28,944 nucleotides of DNA, taken from the IMG/VR virus record IMGVR_UViG_3300044580_000534, positions 1 through 28,944 of that record. One strand, given 5' to 3'. Source of the stretch: a virus. Lineage: Duplodnaviria; Caudoviricetes. The notes under the pieces were generated by a model. That model ran no database searches, was not told the origin of the DNA, and saw only the letters and a list, made by a program, of their open reading frames with translations. Of this stretch, positions 1-8,435 are shown in pieces. How positions within the stretch are numbered: the first letter of the stretch is position 1; each line of letters starts with the position of its first letter. The position numbers were made by a program, and so were the translations under genes.

Positions 1-256
1 CTCGCTTTTTTTGTACCGGATTTTGTACCAGATGTACCGTCCCAGAGTAATTTCTTGTACCTTCGTGTCTAGATATCCTTATCTCAGATGGCGGGAACGG
101 ATATCGAGATTGCTCTAAGGTAAAATATAACATTTTTATTGTACTGCAAAGCAGGTCGAAAATCAATGCATTTACACAAAAATATTTAAAAAACGTTATT
201 AATACACTTAAAGCAATTCGTGTAGACGTTCTTAACATCAATAAATAAATCTCAAA

Positions 257-369
257 GCCTGAGATGCGCATTAAGGCGGCGGAATACATAGGAAGTTCCA
301 AGCACGGTAAATGCCGTGTTCGGAGCCTCGGATGTACCCACCGTGCCTTGTCATGCCCATTTTTCAGGC
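257..369 (+). ncRNA. Long irregular leader hairpin upstream of sigma-r4 gene (putative cis-regulatory RNA)
   Basis: Nested pairings GCCTGA(257-262)/TCAGGC(364-369), AAGGCGGCGG/CCGTGCCTT, TACAT/ATGTA and inner GCACGG-taaatg-CCGTGT. Confidence 0.55.
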
Positions 370-375
370 GCAACG

Positions 376-404
376 GTCGGTGTACATCGAAGCACCGACT
401 TTTT
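376..404 (+). terminator. Intrinsic terminator/attenuator in the sigma-r4 leader
   Basis: GTCGGTG(376-382)/CACCGAC(393-399) stem followed by TTTTT(400-404). Confidence 0.65.
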
Positions 405-405
405 A

Positions 406-449
406 TGTGTCCTTGTCGCCCTCATCCGCACACAGGCGGAAAGGACACA
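406..449 (+). promoter_or_regulatory. SD-sequestering stem before sigma-r4 start codon
   Basis: Perfect 9-bp inverted repeat TGTGTCCTT(406-414)/AAGGACACA(441-449) covering the AAGGA SD just upstream of ATG454. Confidence 0.6.
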
Positions 450-453
450 ACGC

Positions 454-840
454 ATGAAAATTCAATGGAAATTCGCAGACGGAACCACATCAGAAGTTGA
501 AGTCAATGAGGAAATCGGCAACTACATAACAGCATCACGACGCGAGGAGAGCAATCTCGCCCGTAAGGAGCGCTACCACTGCTATTCGCTCGACGCTATC
601 GATTACGAGGGACTCGAGTATGCGACAGACACTACTCCCGAAACCGATTTGATACGCGAAGAAGACGCCGCTCGGATCAACACTGCGCTGGACAAGCTTT
701 CGGAAACACAGAAACGGCGACTGTTAATGCTTGCTGATGGCTTGTCGGTTAATGAGATTGCCCGTATCGAAGACGTCGCTCCAAACGCTGCGTGGAAATC
801 AATCGAAAGCGCAAAGAAAAAATTTAAAAAGCATTTTTAG
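454..840 (+). CDS. Sigma-70 region-4 HTH protein (RNA polymerase sigma factor-like activator)
   Basis: C-terminal ALDKLSETQKRRLLMLADGLSVNEIARIEDV sigma-r4 HTH. Start moved to ATG454 after GAAAGGA SD. Confidence 0.8.
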   Translation: MKIQWKFADGTTSEVEVNEEIGNYITASRREESNLARKERYHCYSLDAIDYEGLEYATDTTPETDLIREEDAARINTALDKLSETQKRRLLMLADGLSVNEIARIEDVAPNAAWKSIESAKKKFKKHF

Positions 841-844
841 AAAT

Positions 845-884
845 GGGTGTATAAAACACCCGCCTTTTCTCCGTATACCGAGGG
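845..884 (+). promoter_or_regulatory. Bipartite promoter-like motif GGGTGTATAAA-N15-CCGTAT-acc-GAGGG downstream of sigma-r4 gene
   Basis: Same position and N15 spacing as the GGGGGTTCGAA-N15-GCWTAT motif of element B. Confidence 0.5.
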
Positions 885-923
885 ACACATCTACACCGTC
901 CCTCGGAAAGGACGGAGATAAAA

Positions 924-1130
924 ATGAAGCACAATTTGAAGATCAGCGTTTCGAAGAAGCCCACCGAGGGCGGTGTTGTTAGATGCCAACGTGTATCAAT
1001 GCGCGAACGACTACTTCGGCATTTCTTCGGTGAAAAGCGCCGTGTGATGGTAATCGTGCCAGGTGACAGTGTCGAGTCCGTATCCATTACGGAACTGCCC
1101 GGCGGAGGTGATGAAACCAATGAACAATGA
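924..1130 (+). CDS. Small conserved hypothetical protein (homologue of 26386-26613)
   Basis: MKHNLKISV...RERLLRHFFGEK...VIVPGDSVESVSI aligns by eye with LKHKVTINV...RSRLLNWLFGEK...VITTGDSVETVEI. SD present. Confidence 0.8.
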   Translation: MKHNLKISVSKKPTEGGVVRCQRVSMRERLLRHFFGEKRRVMVIVPGDSVESVSITELPGGGDETNEQ

Positions 1131-2574
1131 CAACGCACCGCTGTTACCGATGCCAATTAAGGTAAAGCCCTATGCTCATCAGATCACAGCATTCAACTTT
1201 GTTTGTAGGAAATTCGGACTTCTGCCGGAAAGCGCGTATTCGCCAGCGGGCTACGGGGCTGCCCTGCTCATGGAAATGGGTACCGGAAAAACTCTCACGA
1301 CGATAGCGGTCGAAGGCGCTTTGTATCATGCCGGATGTATCCGCAAGGTGCTGGTAGTATCACCACTTTCAGTTACGAGTGTTTGGAAAGACGAACACGA
1401 TGCGTATGCAGATTTCGATTACACGCTCGCTGTCCTCAAAGGGAGTGGCGAAAAAAAGCTCGATACTCTCCGACATATGACCGGTCAGCAGCTTCAGATA
1501 GTCGTTGTGAACTACGAATCGGCATGGCGGCTGGAACGCGAACTCGCAGCATGGAAGCCTGACCTTATCATCGCCGACGAAGGGCACAAAATCAAGACGC
1601 ATAATATCGCCGCTTCAAAAGCGATGCACCGGTTAGGCGCAGTGGCTAAATACCGGCTGCTCTTAACAGGAACGCCTGTGACGAACAAGGCAATCGACAT
1701 TTTCAGTCAGTACAAGTTTGTCGATCCGCGTATCTTCGGACAGAGCTTTTACAGCTTCAGAAACCACTACTTTTTCATGACCGGCTACGGCAATCACACG
1801 CCAGTTTTGAAAAAGAGCATGGAAGAAGATCTGACCCGTCGTATGCATTCCATTGCGTTTCGTGCGACAAAAAAGGATTGCCTCGACCTACCGGAAACAA
1901 CCGATATTATCCGAAAAGTCGAACTGGAGCCGAAGGCGATGAAGCTGTATCAGAGTCTTGTCAAGGAAAGCTATGCTGAGCTATCTGACGGCGAGGTCAC
2001 TATTACCAATATACTGACAAAACTCCTGCGCCTGTCCCAGCTTACGGGAGGCTTCATCGGCAGCGACGAAAGCAGCGCCACTGAACAGGTGAGCACGGCT
2101 AAGCTGGAAGTACTGGAAGATATCATCGACTCAACCTTGGAGGAAGGAAGAAAGCTGGTTATCATCGCCCGCTTTGTACCTGAGCTGGACGCCATCTGTC
2201 GGCTTCTTGAAAAGAAGCGCATCAACTACTCGCTTATCAAGGGCGGTGTAAAAGACCGCGACGAGCAGGTCGCAAGATTTCAGAATGACCCCGATGTACC
2301 TATATTTGTCGGGCAGGTAGCGACAGCGGGGCTGGGCATCACACTCACGGCGGCAAGCACGATGGTGTTTTATTCTCTGGATTACTCAATGTCGAATTTC
2401 GAGCAATGCAAAGCCCGCATCCATCGCGCCGGTCAGCATATGCCATGCACTTACATCTACCTCACCGCGCAGGGCACCGTCGATGAAAAGGTGCTTAAAG
2501 CATTAAAAAGCAAAGCAAACCTAGCGAAAACGCTGGTTGATGATTATCGCTACGGCAACAACCCATTTATTTAA
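1120..2574 (+). CDS. SNF2-family (DEAD/DEAH-like) helicase
   Basis: Motif I MEMGTGKT, motif II DEGH, motif III LTGTP, C-terminal AGLGITL and QCKARIHRAGQ. Start at ATG1120 overlaps the upstream stop. Confidence 0.92.
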   Translation: MNNDNAPLLPMPIKVKPYAHQITAFNFVCRKFGLLPESAYSPAGYGAALLMEMGTGKTLTTIAVEGALYHAGCIRKVLVVSPLSVTSVWKDEHDAYADFDYTLAVLKGSGEKKLDTLRHMTGQQLQIVVVNYESAWRLERELAAWKPDLIIADEGHKIKTHNIAASKAMHRLGAVAKYRLLLTGTPVTNKAIDIFSQYKFVDPRIFGQSFYSFRNHYFFMTGYGNHTPVLKKSMEEDLTRRMHSIAFRATKKDCLDLPETTDIIRKVELEPKAMKLYQSLVKESYAELSDGEVTITNILTKLLRLSQLTGGFIGSDESSATEQVSTAKLEVLEDIIDSTLEEGRKLVIIARFVPELDAICRLLEKKRINYSLIKGGVKDRDEQVARFQNDPDVPIFVGQVATAGLGITLTAASTMVFYSLDYSMSNFEQCKARIHRAGQHMPCTYIYLTAQGTVDEKVLKALKSKANLAKTLVDDYRYGNNPFI

Positions 2575-2589
2575 TGAAGGAGTTTTACT

Positions 2590-3012
2590 ATGGACAATTC
2601 AGAAAAAATGTTTGAACTCGCAGATAGGCTTAAAGCCCTGCACGATCAAAAAAAGGAAGTCGAGCAAAACCTCAAGGACATCAACGCTGAACTGGAAGAA
2701 GTCGATGCTGCGCTGGCACAACTCATGACTGATACTGAGACGCAGAACTTTACCCGTTCTGGCACAATGTTCTGCCTTACCAGTACCACCCGTGCATCAG
2801 CGATGGCCGACCGCAAAGAGGATTTGTTCGAAGCACTTCGTGCCGAGGGTTATGGCGGGTTGATTTACGAAACCGTCAACGCCAACAGCCTATCGGCTTT
2901 TGTCAGAGAACAGATATCAGAAAACGATGATGTATTACCCGATTGGCTTAATGGTCTGGTCAATGTGTTTGAAAAAACCACTGTGGGTGTCCGCAAAGCG
3001 ACCCGCAAATAA
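2590..3012 (+). CDS. Phage hypothetical protein, N-terminal coiled coil (gp33-like)
   Basis: AAGGAG SD, heptad-rich N-terminus, ETVNANSLSAFVRE motif, position between helicase and polymerase. Confidence 0.7.
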   Translation: MDNSEKMFELADRLKALHDQKKEVEQNLKDINAELEEVDAALAQLMTDTETQNFTRSGTMFCLTSTTRASAMADRKEDLFEALRAEGYGGLIYETVNANSLSAFVREQISENDDVLPDWLNGLVNVFEKTTVGVRKATRK

Positions 3013-3030
3013 TGAAAGGATGAAAATACC

Positions 3031-3786
3031 ATGAAAAACAACGAAAACAAGGCTCTTACCACCAAGAACAGTGCGTTTATGGCACTAAAGGACTTTAACT
3101 TAAACGATGCGCTCACCGAGGAGCTTTCCGGTTTATCCGGCAGTTTTGAGCGCATTAAAATTCCTGCAGCCGGTATGACGGTGTTTGAAATTCCCGGTGA
3201 AAATCCCGACAGTCCTGAAACCGTCAAGGAATTTTCGGCAGTTATCCTGCATCACCACCCGCTGTATGCCTACTATACGGACAAATACACCGGAGGATCT
3301 AATCCCCCTGATTGCGGCAGCTTTGACGGCATCACCGGTGTAGGCAACCCCGGCGGCGATTGCGCGAGGTGTCCGTTTAACAAATTCGGTTCCGGAGAGA
3401 ACGGAGCGAAAGCTTGTAAAAACCGCCGCCGTATTTATCTGCTCCGGGAGGGCGAGATTTTTCCAATGATCCTCTCCCTTCCGACCGGATCGCTTAAGGA
3501 CTTTACTCGCTATATTATGCGTCTGCTCTCCAAAGGCAAGAAATCTAATTCGGTAGTCACTAAATTCACCCTGAAAAAGGCAACCAACAACAGCGGTATT
3601 GCATATTCACAAGCGCAGTTCTCGCTCGACCGCGATTTAACGGGTGAGGAATTCGCTCTTATTTCAGGACTTACCGAGCAGGTCAAAGCTTTCTCCGTTC
3701 GTGTCGGCTACGACAACGAATCTTCAGTTGATGTAGCTGCAAACATTGACCCCGAAACCGGCGAAATTATAGAGCCGCTCGCTTAA
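3031..3786 (+). CDS. Phage replication accessory protein (probable ssDNA-binding protein with Cys cluster)
   Basis: PPDCGSFDG...CARCPFN...ACKNRRR Cys motif, acidic C-terminal tail (IDPETGEIIE), directly upstream of PolA. Confidence 0.6.
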   Translation: MKNNENKALTTKNSAFMALKDFNLNDALTEELSGLSGSFERIKIPAAGMTVFEIPGENPDSPETVKEFSAVILHHHPLYAYYTDKYTGGSNPPDCGSFDGITGVGNPGGDCARCPFNKFGSGENGAKACKNRRRIYLLREGEIFPMILSLPTGSLKDFTRYIMRLLSKGKKSNSVVTKFTLKKATNNSGIAYSQAQFSLDRDLTGEEFALISGLTEQVKAFSVRVGYDNESSVDVAANIDPETGEIIEPLA

Positions 3787-3851
3787 AGAATAAAGCCGCA
3801 GGTCGGGTGGTTATGTACTACCCGGCCTCCAGCGGCAGATTGGAGCTGTTT

Positions 3852-4997
3852 ATGGATTACAACATTACCTATACAACTAAAGAGATAGAAGATTATATCA
3901 GCGGTGCGGGCGTCGTAGCATTTGACTTTGAGACAGCACCGGACGATGAATGGCGCGACGAGCCGAAGGCGGCACTGGATGCACACAAGGCACACATTGT
4001 TGGCATAAGCCTTTCGGTCAAAGAAGGCAGCGCCGTGTACATACCCCTCTCACATAAGGTTGGAGTTAATGCTAATGACCACGCTGGTGTGCTGGAATAC
4101 CTGAGAGAAGCCGTATTTGAGAATCCAAGGGTGGTCAAGGTGGCGCACAATCTTTCCTTTGAGGCGATGTTCCTGTATGCGCTGGGTATCGTCGTATGCG
4201 AGCCTTGTTATGATACCATCGCGGCAGCGCAACTGACGCTTAAAAGCAAATTTGAGTTCCGTAACTTGTCGGATAGCGGCTTGAAGCTACTTTCGACGTC
4301 ACTATTCGGTGCGGATATGCCGGATTTTGCAACTGTAACGGCAGGACGTCTTTTTGATGAGATGGATCCAGCGGATAAAGAAACCCTTCGTTATGCTTGT
4401 GCTGATAGTGACTACACCTTACGGCTATATCACAAATTCAACAACTGGTTTGCCAAAAACCTGCCCCATCACAGAGAAATCGTAGAGCGCGTTGAATCGC
4501 CGACTTCAGTTTACTGTGGGATTATGAAGTATAACGGTGTTCCTATGGATGTGGAGAGAATGCTGAAAAGACAAAAGGAAGCCGAGGAAAAGCTTACTGC
4601 CCTCCGTACTGAAATCGCTGAGATGACCGGCGGCGTGGACATCGGGGCAAATGCATCTGCTTTCAAGAGGTACCTCTTCAGTGAGCTTGGTCTTCCGGTA
4701 CTGAAAACAACAGAAAAACATCAGGAAGCAGCGGACGATGCGACAATGATAATGCTCACCGAATACTGCCGAGACAAGCGCCCGGAGCTTGTTCGCCTGT
4801 TTGAACTGGTACAGGAATACCGTAAATGGGGCAAACTCAAAAGCACTTACATTGACGGGTACTTAACACATATCAATACGGCGACAGGGAGAATCCATCC
4901 CGACCTCATGCCCCTGGGCACAGAGACAGGACGTTTTGCCTCGCGTAATCCCAACCTGCAAAACTGCCCACGCAAGGATAATGACCCGGTTGGCATC
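3852..4997 (+). pseudogene. polA: Family A DNA polymerase (3'-5' exonuclease plus start of polymerase domain), 3'-truncated
   Basis: ExoI FDFET, AHNLSFE, YACADSD, and TETGRFASRNPNLQNCP. Motifs A/B/C are absent because the sequence switches to antisense tape measure at ~4989-4997. Confidence 0.88.
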
Positions 4998-5789
4998 GGT
5001 TATAGAGATGCCCAGCGCTTTGTATGCCTGTGAAGCTGCGCCTGTACCTTCGCGTGCCGAGTTCATGGAACGTATATTCCTCGCCATACTGCCGGTTAAG
5101 GTTTCCATTGAGGTATCTACCAGTTCGGCGGCATATTTGTATGCTTGTAGCGATTCAGTACTCATGCCGGTAACAGTTGACATGGTGAGAATATCATCTG
5201 CATACTGTGAAGCGCCGACAGTCATATCGGTGAGAGCTTTGGCCGCTCCGACTGCAGCCGTTCCAATAGCTGCAAATGCAGCGCCCATGGCCACGCCTAT
5301 CCCTTTTAATGCCGAGCCGAGTTTTTCAAGTTTGTTTGAGGACTCCTCGACATCATCAACGGATTCTTCGACTACATTGCCGAATTCATCAACCTTTTGC
5401 CCGGCATCGTTATACCCACGATTCACATCACGAAGAGATTTTTCGTTTTCAGCCAGCTCACCCTCCATGCCGTTGAGCTCAGCCTGTGCCTTATTCAGTT
5501 GTATCTGCCAGTTTTGCGTGCGTCTGTCATTTTCACCGAAGGAGGAGGCGGCGTTGTCCAATGCAGCCTTTAGTGTAGCGATTTTCTCCCGCTGTGCATC
5601 GATTTCTTTATTCAAAACCGCATTTCGGGCGGTAATCGCCTGTACAGATTTGTCATTCTTATCAAATTGACTGGATACGAGGGTCATCTCGCTGCCCAAT
5701 ACTTTAAAGGACTGATTGATTTCCCGCAGGGCATCTTTAAATTGCTTTTCTCCCTCCAGACCAATTTTCAGGCCAAAGTTATCCGCCAT
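4989..5789 (-). pseudogene. Tail tape measure protein, 3'-truncated
   Basis: MADNFGLKIGLEGEKQFK start, coiled coil, Ala/Gly-rich hydrophobic segment. Follows the tail chaperone. Similarity ends at GISITDAN. Confidence 0.88.
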
Positions 5790-5802
5790 ACCGTTTCACC
5801 TC

Positions 5803-6012
5803 CTACAAACCCGTCGGGATAATATCATCTATCGTTATCGTTTTCTTTGGCTTCTCGATGCCGTGCCACTGCTTATGGCAGGCCCACAGGTCAAGAAACA
5901 GACCAATGGGCATAAGCCAGAATTCATCTGCGCTCATGCCCATCTGAACTGTGCCGTAATAGTAAAGTCGGGTAAAGACCTCATCGTCTGTTACCCGACT
6001 TCCGCGTTTTTT
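5803..6012 (-). CDS. Tail assembly chaperone C-terminal extension (gpT-like), read through a -1 frameshift
   Basis: -1 frame reads RVTDDEVFTRLYYYGTVQMGMSADEFWLMPIGLFLDLWACHKQWHGIEKPKKTITIDDIIPTGL* and has no evident SD of its own. Slippery A-AAA-AAC at 6012-6006. Confidence 0.75.
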   Translation of the reverse strand, partial: KKRGSRVTDDEVFTRLYYYGTVQMGMSADEFWLMPIGLFLDLWACHKQWHGIEKPKKTITIDDIIPTGL

Positions 6013-6377
6013 GATGCTTCCTCCTCGCTTTCAATATTACGCTTTGTACCCCTAAACATCGCCTCAGTAATTGCACTCTTATATGAAGCCAATTCCAGCG
6101 GTGAAGTCAGAAGCTCTACATCCTCTTCTTTGAGAATTTCTTTAGGGTTATCCTTGTTCTTTAAGTTGTGAACGAGGATAGACTGGTTTGCCAGCAGAGT
6201 GATCAGCCACACTATCTCATCCAGAGCCATTTCGAAGTTTTCAGATTTTAGCAGCTTATCGCCCAAGTTCTCTAAGCCCCCGTAGCGACGAGCGATCTCT
6301 TTTGTGGCTCGGGTGGTAAGTATTAGCTCAAATTCCATACCACCAATATTGATAACAGCGCTTCTTTCAGTATCCAT
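5991..6377 (-). CDS. Tail assembly chaperone (gpG-like)
   Basis: Between major tail and tape measure genes, GGAGG SD, ends in a slippery heptamer. Confidence 0.8.
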   Translation of the reverse strand: MDTERSAVINIGGMEFELILTTRATKEIARRYGGLENLGDKLLKSENFEMALDEIVWLITLLANQSILVHNLKNKDNPKEILKEEDVELLTSPLELASYKSAITEAMFRGTKRNIESEEEASKNAEVG

Positions 6378-6389
6378 CTTTCAATCCTC

Positions 6390-6980
6390 CTACGGCTCCG
6401 GCGTGTAGACGGGTTCATAAACTTCCGTGAACCAACCGGTTATAGTGGCGGAAGATACACCCGGATCGCCTTCGGTGACCTCTGCTTTCCACGGGTGCTT
6501 TCCCATACCGTCCAGTTTATTCCGGCGCATAACCGTTCCCTCAATGGTAGGTGTAGAAAAGGTGATAGAATCAGCCTTTGTTTGCAGGTTGGTAGCTGGG
6601 AGTCCAAACACCACGCGGTATAGCCAAAAATATCTGTATGTGCCGTTAGCCTTCTGTGCACGAAAGCCCACCGCAACCGGTGTCCCGGAGTTCTCGCTGG
6701 CTGAGATCAGAACTCCATTGTCATCTGTAGTTGCACCAGTCAGATCCGCTGCAACAGTGGGACCTATATCATCGATGCCAAGGGTAAGTGTACCGCTGTT
6801 GAACTCCTTCACTACTTCAGCAGCACCATCGTCCGCATATAATATTGCCTCCACTAACTCCACCGAAAGCTCGGCAGTAATAGCTTTGGCGAGTACAACA
6901 GGCGTTCCGTAGGTTTCTTCGCCGTTAGCATCTTCGGTTATCTTTGAATAATACAGTCTGTCAAGACCGATGGTTGCCAT
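6390..6980 (-). CDS. Major tail (tube) protein, phi13-like
   Basis: MATIGLDRLYY, LYADDG, VAVGFRA, YFWLYRVVF motifs, and synteny. Confidence 0.88.
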   Translation of the reverse strand: MATIGLDRLYYSKITEDANGEETYGTPVVLAKAITAELSVELVEAILYADDGAAEVVKEFNSGTLTLGIDDIGPTVAADLTGATTDDNGVLISASENSGTPVAVGFRAQKANGTYRYFWLYRVVFGLPATNLQTKADSITFSTPTIEGTVMRRNKLDGMGKHPWKAEVTEGDPGVSSATITGWFTEVYEPVYTPEP

Positions 6981-6983
6981 ATT

Positions 6984-7325
6984 TTATTCCTCCAATCCAT
7001 AGTTTTTCGCCACATCGATGGCGTAATGGTGATAGCCGGTATCATCCTCGTGTCCGATGTACCGACGCTCTGTTACTATGAAATCTGCGTTCAGCAAGGC
7101 AGCAATGATTTGCTTTTTACGCAGTTGATAATTAGACTTTGAAAACAGTGATATCCGCGCTTCCTGTACCTCAAAGCCAGGACGATTATCTGCATGGACT
7201 TCGAAAATGTCTGAAAGAGGGAGAATGACTACATATTCATCCGGCGCCATGCCTGAAAAAACGCCGGTCTCCACAGGAAGTGGCACGGCGGATATAAGGG
7301 TATTTAGTTCCGATAAAATGCTCAT
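6984..7325 (-). CDS. Tail terminator/completion protein
   Basis: Position between gp10-like and major tail genes; HEDDTGYHHYAIDV motif. Confidence 0.7.
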   Translation of the reverse strand: MSILSELNTLISAVPLPVETGVFSGMAPDEYVVILPLSDIFEVHADNRPGFEVQEARISLFSKSNYQLRKKQIIAALLNADFIVTERRYIGHEDDTGYHHYAIDVAKNYGLEE

Positions 7326-7753
7326 ATTTTGCCGATTTCCTCCTCCAGTTTGGCAATCATGGCTTCAGTGCAAGGCTTTCTGGACGCCGACTGTGCAGGT
7401 TTAAGAAATGGTTTGGCGGGCTGACCATGCTTGCCATATTCGATGATGTTGGCAATCTTGGCATTGCTCTCTCCATCTGATCGTGGCTCAGCAAAGCCAA
7501 CCTTAACATTGAAGTTGCCATCCCTGTCCTGCTTGGCTTCCGAAAGTCCCAAAGATGATAGCATCTCACCTGTTGCCCTCGACGGGTATTTAGTTCCCTC
7601 GCCAATGGATGTGCGAAGATTACTTTTAACCTTTTCCAACACAACTTTGCCACCCACCTCGAGCACACGCGGTGCGATAACGTCGATCTGATCACCAAGT
7701 CTGGATATACGCAGGAGGAATTCATCAGGCATCTTTATACTAACTTTTGCCAT
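7322..7753 (-). CDS. HK97 gp10-family neck protein
   Basis: RATGEM and IIEYGKHGQPAKPFLKPA motifs. Confidence 0.85.
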   Translation of the reverse strand: MAKVSIKMPDEFLLRISRLGDQIDVIAPRVLEVGGKVVLEKVKSNLRTSIGEGTKYPSRATGEMLSSLGLSEAKQDRDGNFNVKVGFAEPRSDGESNAKIANIIEYGKHGQPAKPFLKPAQSASRKPCTEAMIAKLEEEIGKI

Positions 7754-7758
7754 ATATC

Positions 7759-8094
7759 TCACCTCACTGACGGCTCTAGCCGTTCGGCCAGAACCTCAAT
7801 ATACATACCACGACCTCGAACGTCCTCTGCACTGAGTATCCGGTACCGACCGTCAGCGCAGGTGATAATCATTCCGGCTGTAATCTCCAGGTTAGGAATC
7901 TTTCTGAATCGGAATAGGGAGGAGGCTGTAGAAAACACCGCCATATTACTCCATCGTTCGCTGCCATGGCGATCTTCCTTGTACGCCCGAACAGATGCGA
8001 GGATGGTATCAGTTTCGGCAGCGAAACCTTCTGCATCCTTCGCAGGCGCTGTGCTGATAACATCAATGAATGTGTTCATCTTTCCAAAGCTCAC
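7759..8094 (-). CDS. Head-tail adaptor/head closure protein
   Basis: KDAEGF, FRFRKIP, RYRILSAEDVRGRGMYIEVLA motifs; GTG start at 8094; synteny. Confidence 0.8.
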   Translation of the reverse strand: MSFGKMNTFIDVISTAPAKDAEGFAAETDTILASVRAYKEDRHGSERWSNMAVFSTASSLFRFRKIPNLEITAGMIITCADGRYRILSAEDVRGRGMYIEVLAERLEPSVR

Positions 8095-8095
8095 A

Positions 8096-8416
8096 TTAAA
8101 CACCCCACTCCCGGTCAAGCCTTAATAACAAATTCACCGTATTCCATACCTGTTGCCCCGCCTGAACGTTATCCGCATAAAAGCCTGCTGTCGAGCCATC
8201 TCTACTTTCATAGAAATGACTCGACAGCATAATAATTGCCTGTTCTGTGGTTGGTGGCATTGTGTGTGTTTCATACCATCCTGCAGCAACGTGCTGGTAG
8301 CTCTCGGCGTAGGACACGGCGGCTCTAATGAAGCTTAGTAGAAGGTCATCATCCGTGTCGTGAGTGAGGATAAGGTTGGCTTTGACCTTGGGTAAAAGAT
8401 TATCTGATACCGCCAT
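8096..8416 (-). CDS. Head-tail connector (gp6-like)
   Basis: KVKANLILTHDTDDDLL and AIIMLSSHFYESRDG motifs. Confidence 0.88.
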   Translation of the reverse strand: MAVSDNLLPKVKANLILTHDTDDDLLLSFIRAAVSYAESYQHVAAGWYETHTMPPTTEQAIIMLSSHFYESRDGSTAGFYADNVQAGQQVWNTVNLLLRLDREWGV

Positions 8417-8435
8417 GCTGTACGCCCCCTTCCGC

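Larger units (their letters stand above)
1..4997 (+). mobile_element. Element A: phage-like/integrative element replication module (sigma-r4, SNF2 helicase, accessory genes, PolA), truncated at ~4990
   Basis: Co-oriented, closely spaced replication genes. Ends abruptly inside PolA where it meets the opposite-strand tape measure gene. Confidence 0.75.

Noticed and set aside
316-453. N-terminal extension of the sigma-r4 ORF and overlapping ORF 264-500
   Set aside because: The region is better explained by RNA stems; the SD supports ATG454.
3795-3836. Hairpin between accessory gene and PolA as a terminator
   Set aside because: The stem is present but has no U-tract; function unclear, possibly an mRNA processing or stability element.
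4645-4668. Possible two-codon deletion in element A PolA (GANASAFK)
   Set aside because: Based only on recollection of homologues; cannot be supported without an alignment.
4936-5670. 244-aa + strand ORF and other long antisense ORFs (5716-6171, 6427-6912, 9264-9665)
   Set aside because: Shadows of well-supported - strand structural genes, with no SD or recognisable motifs.
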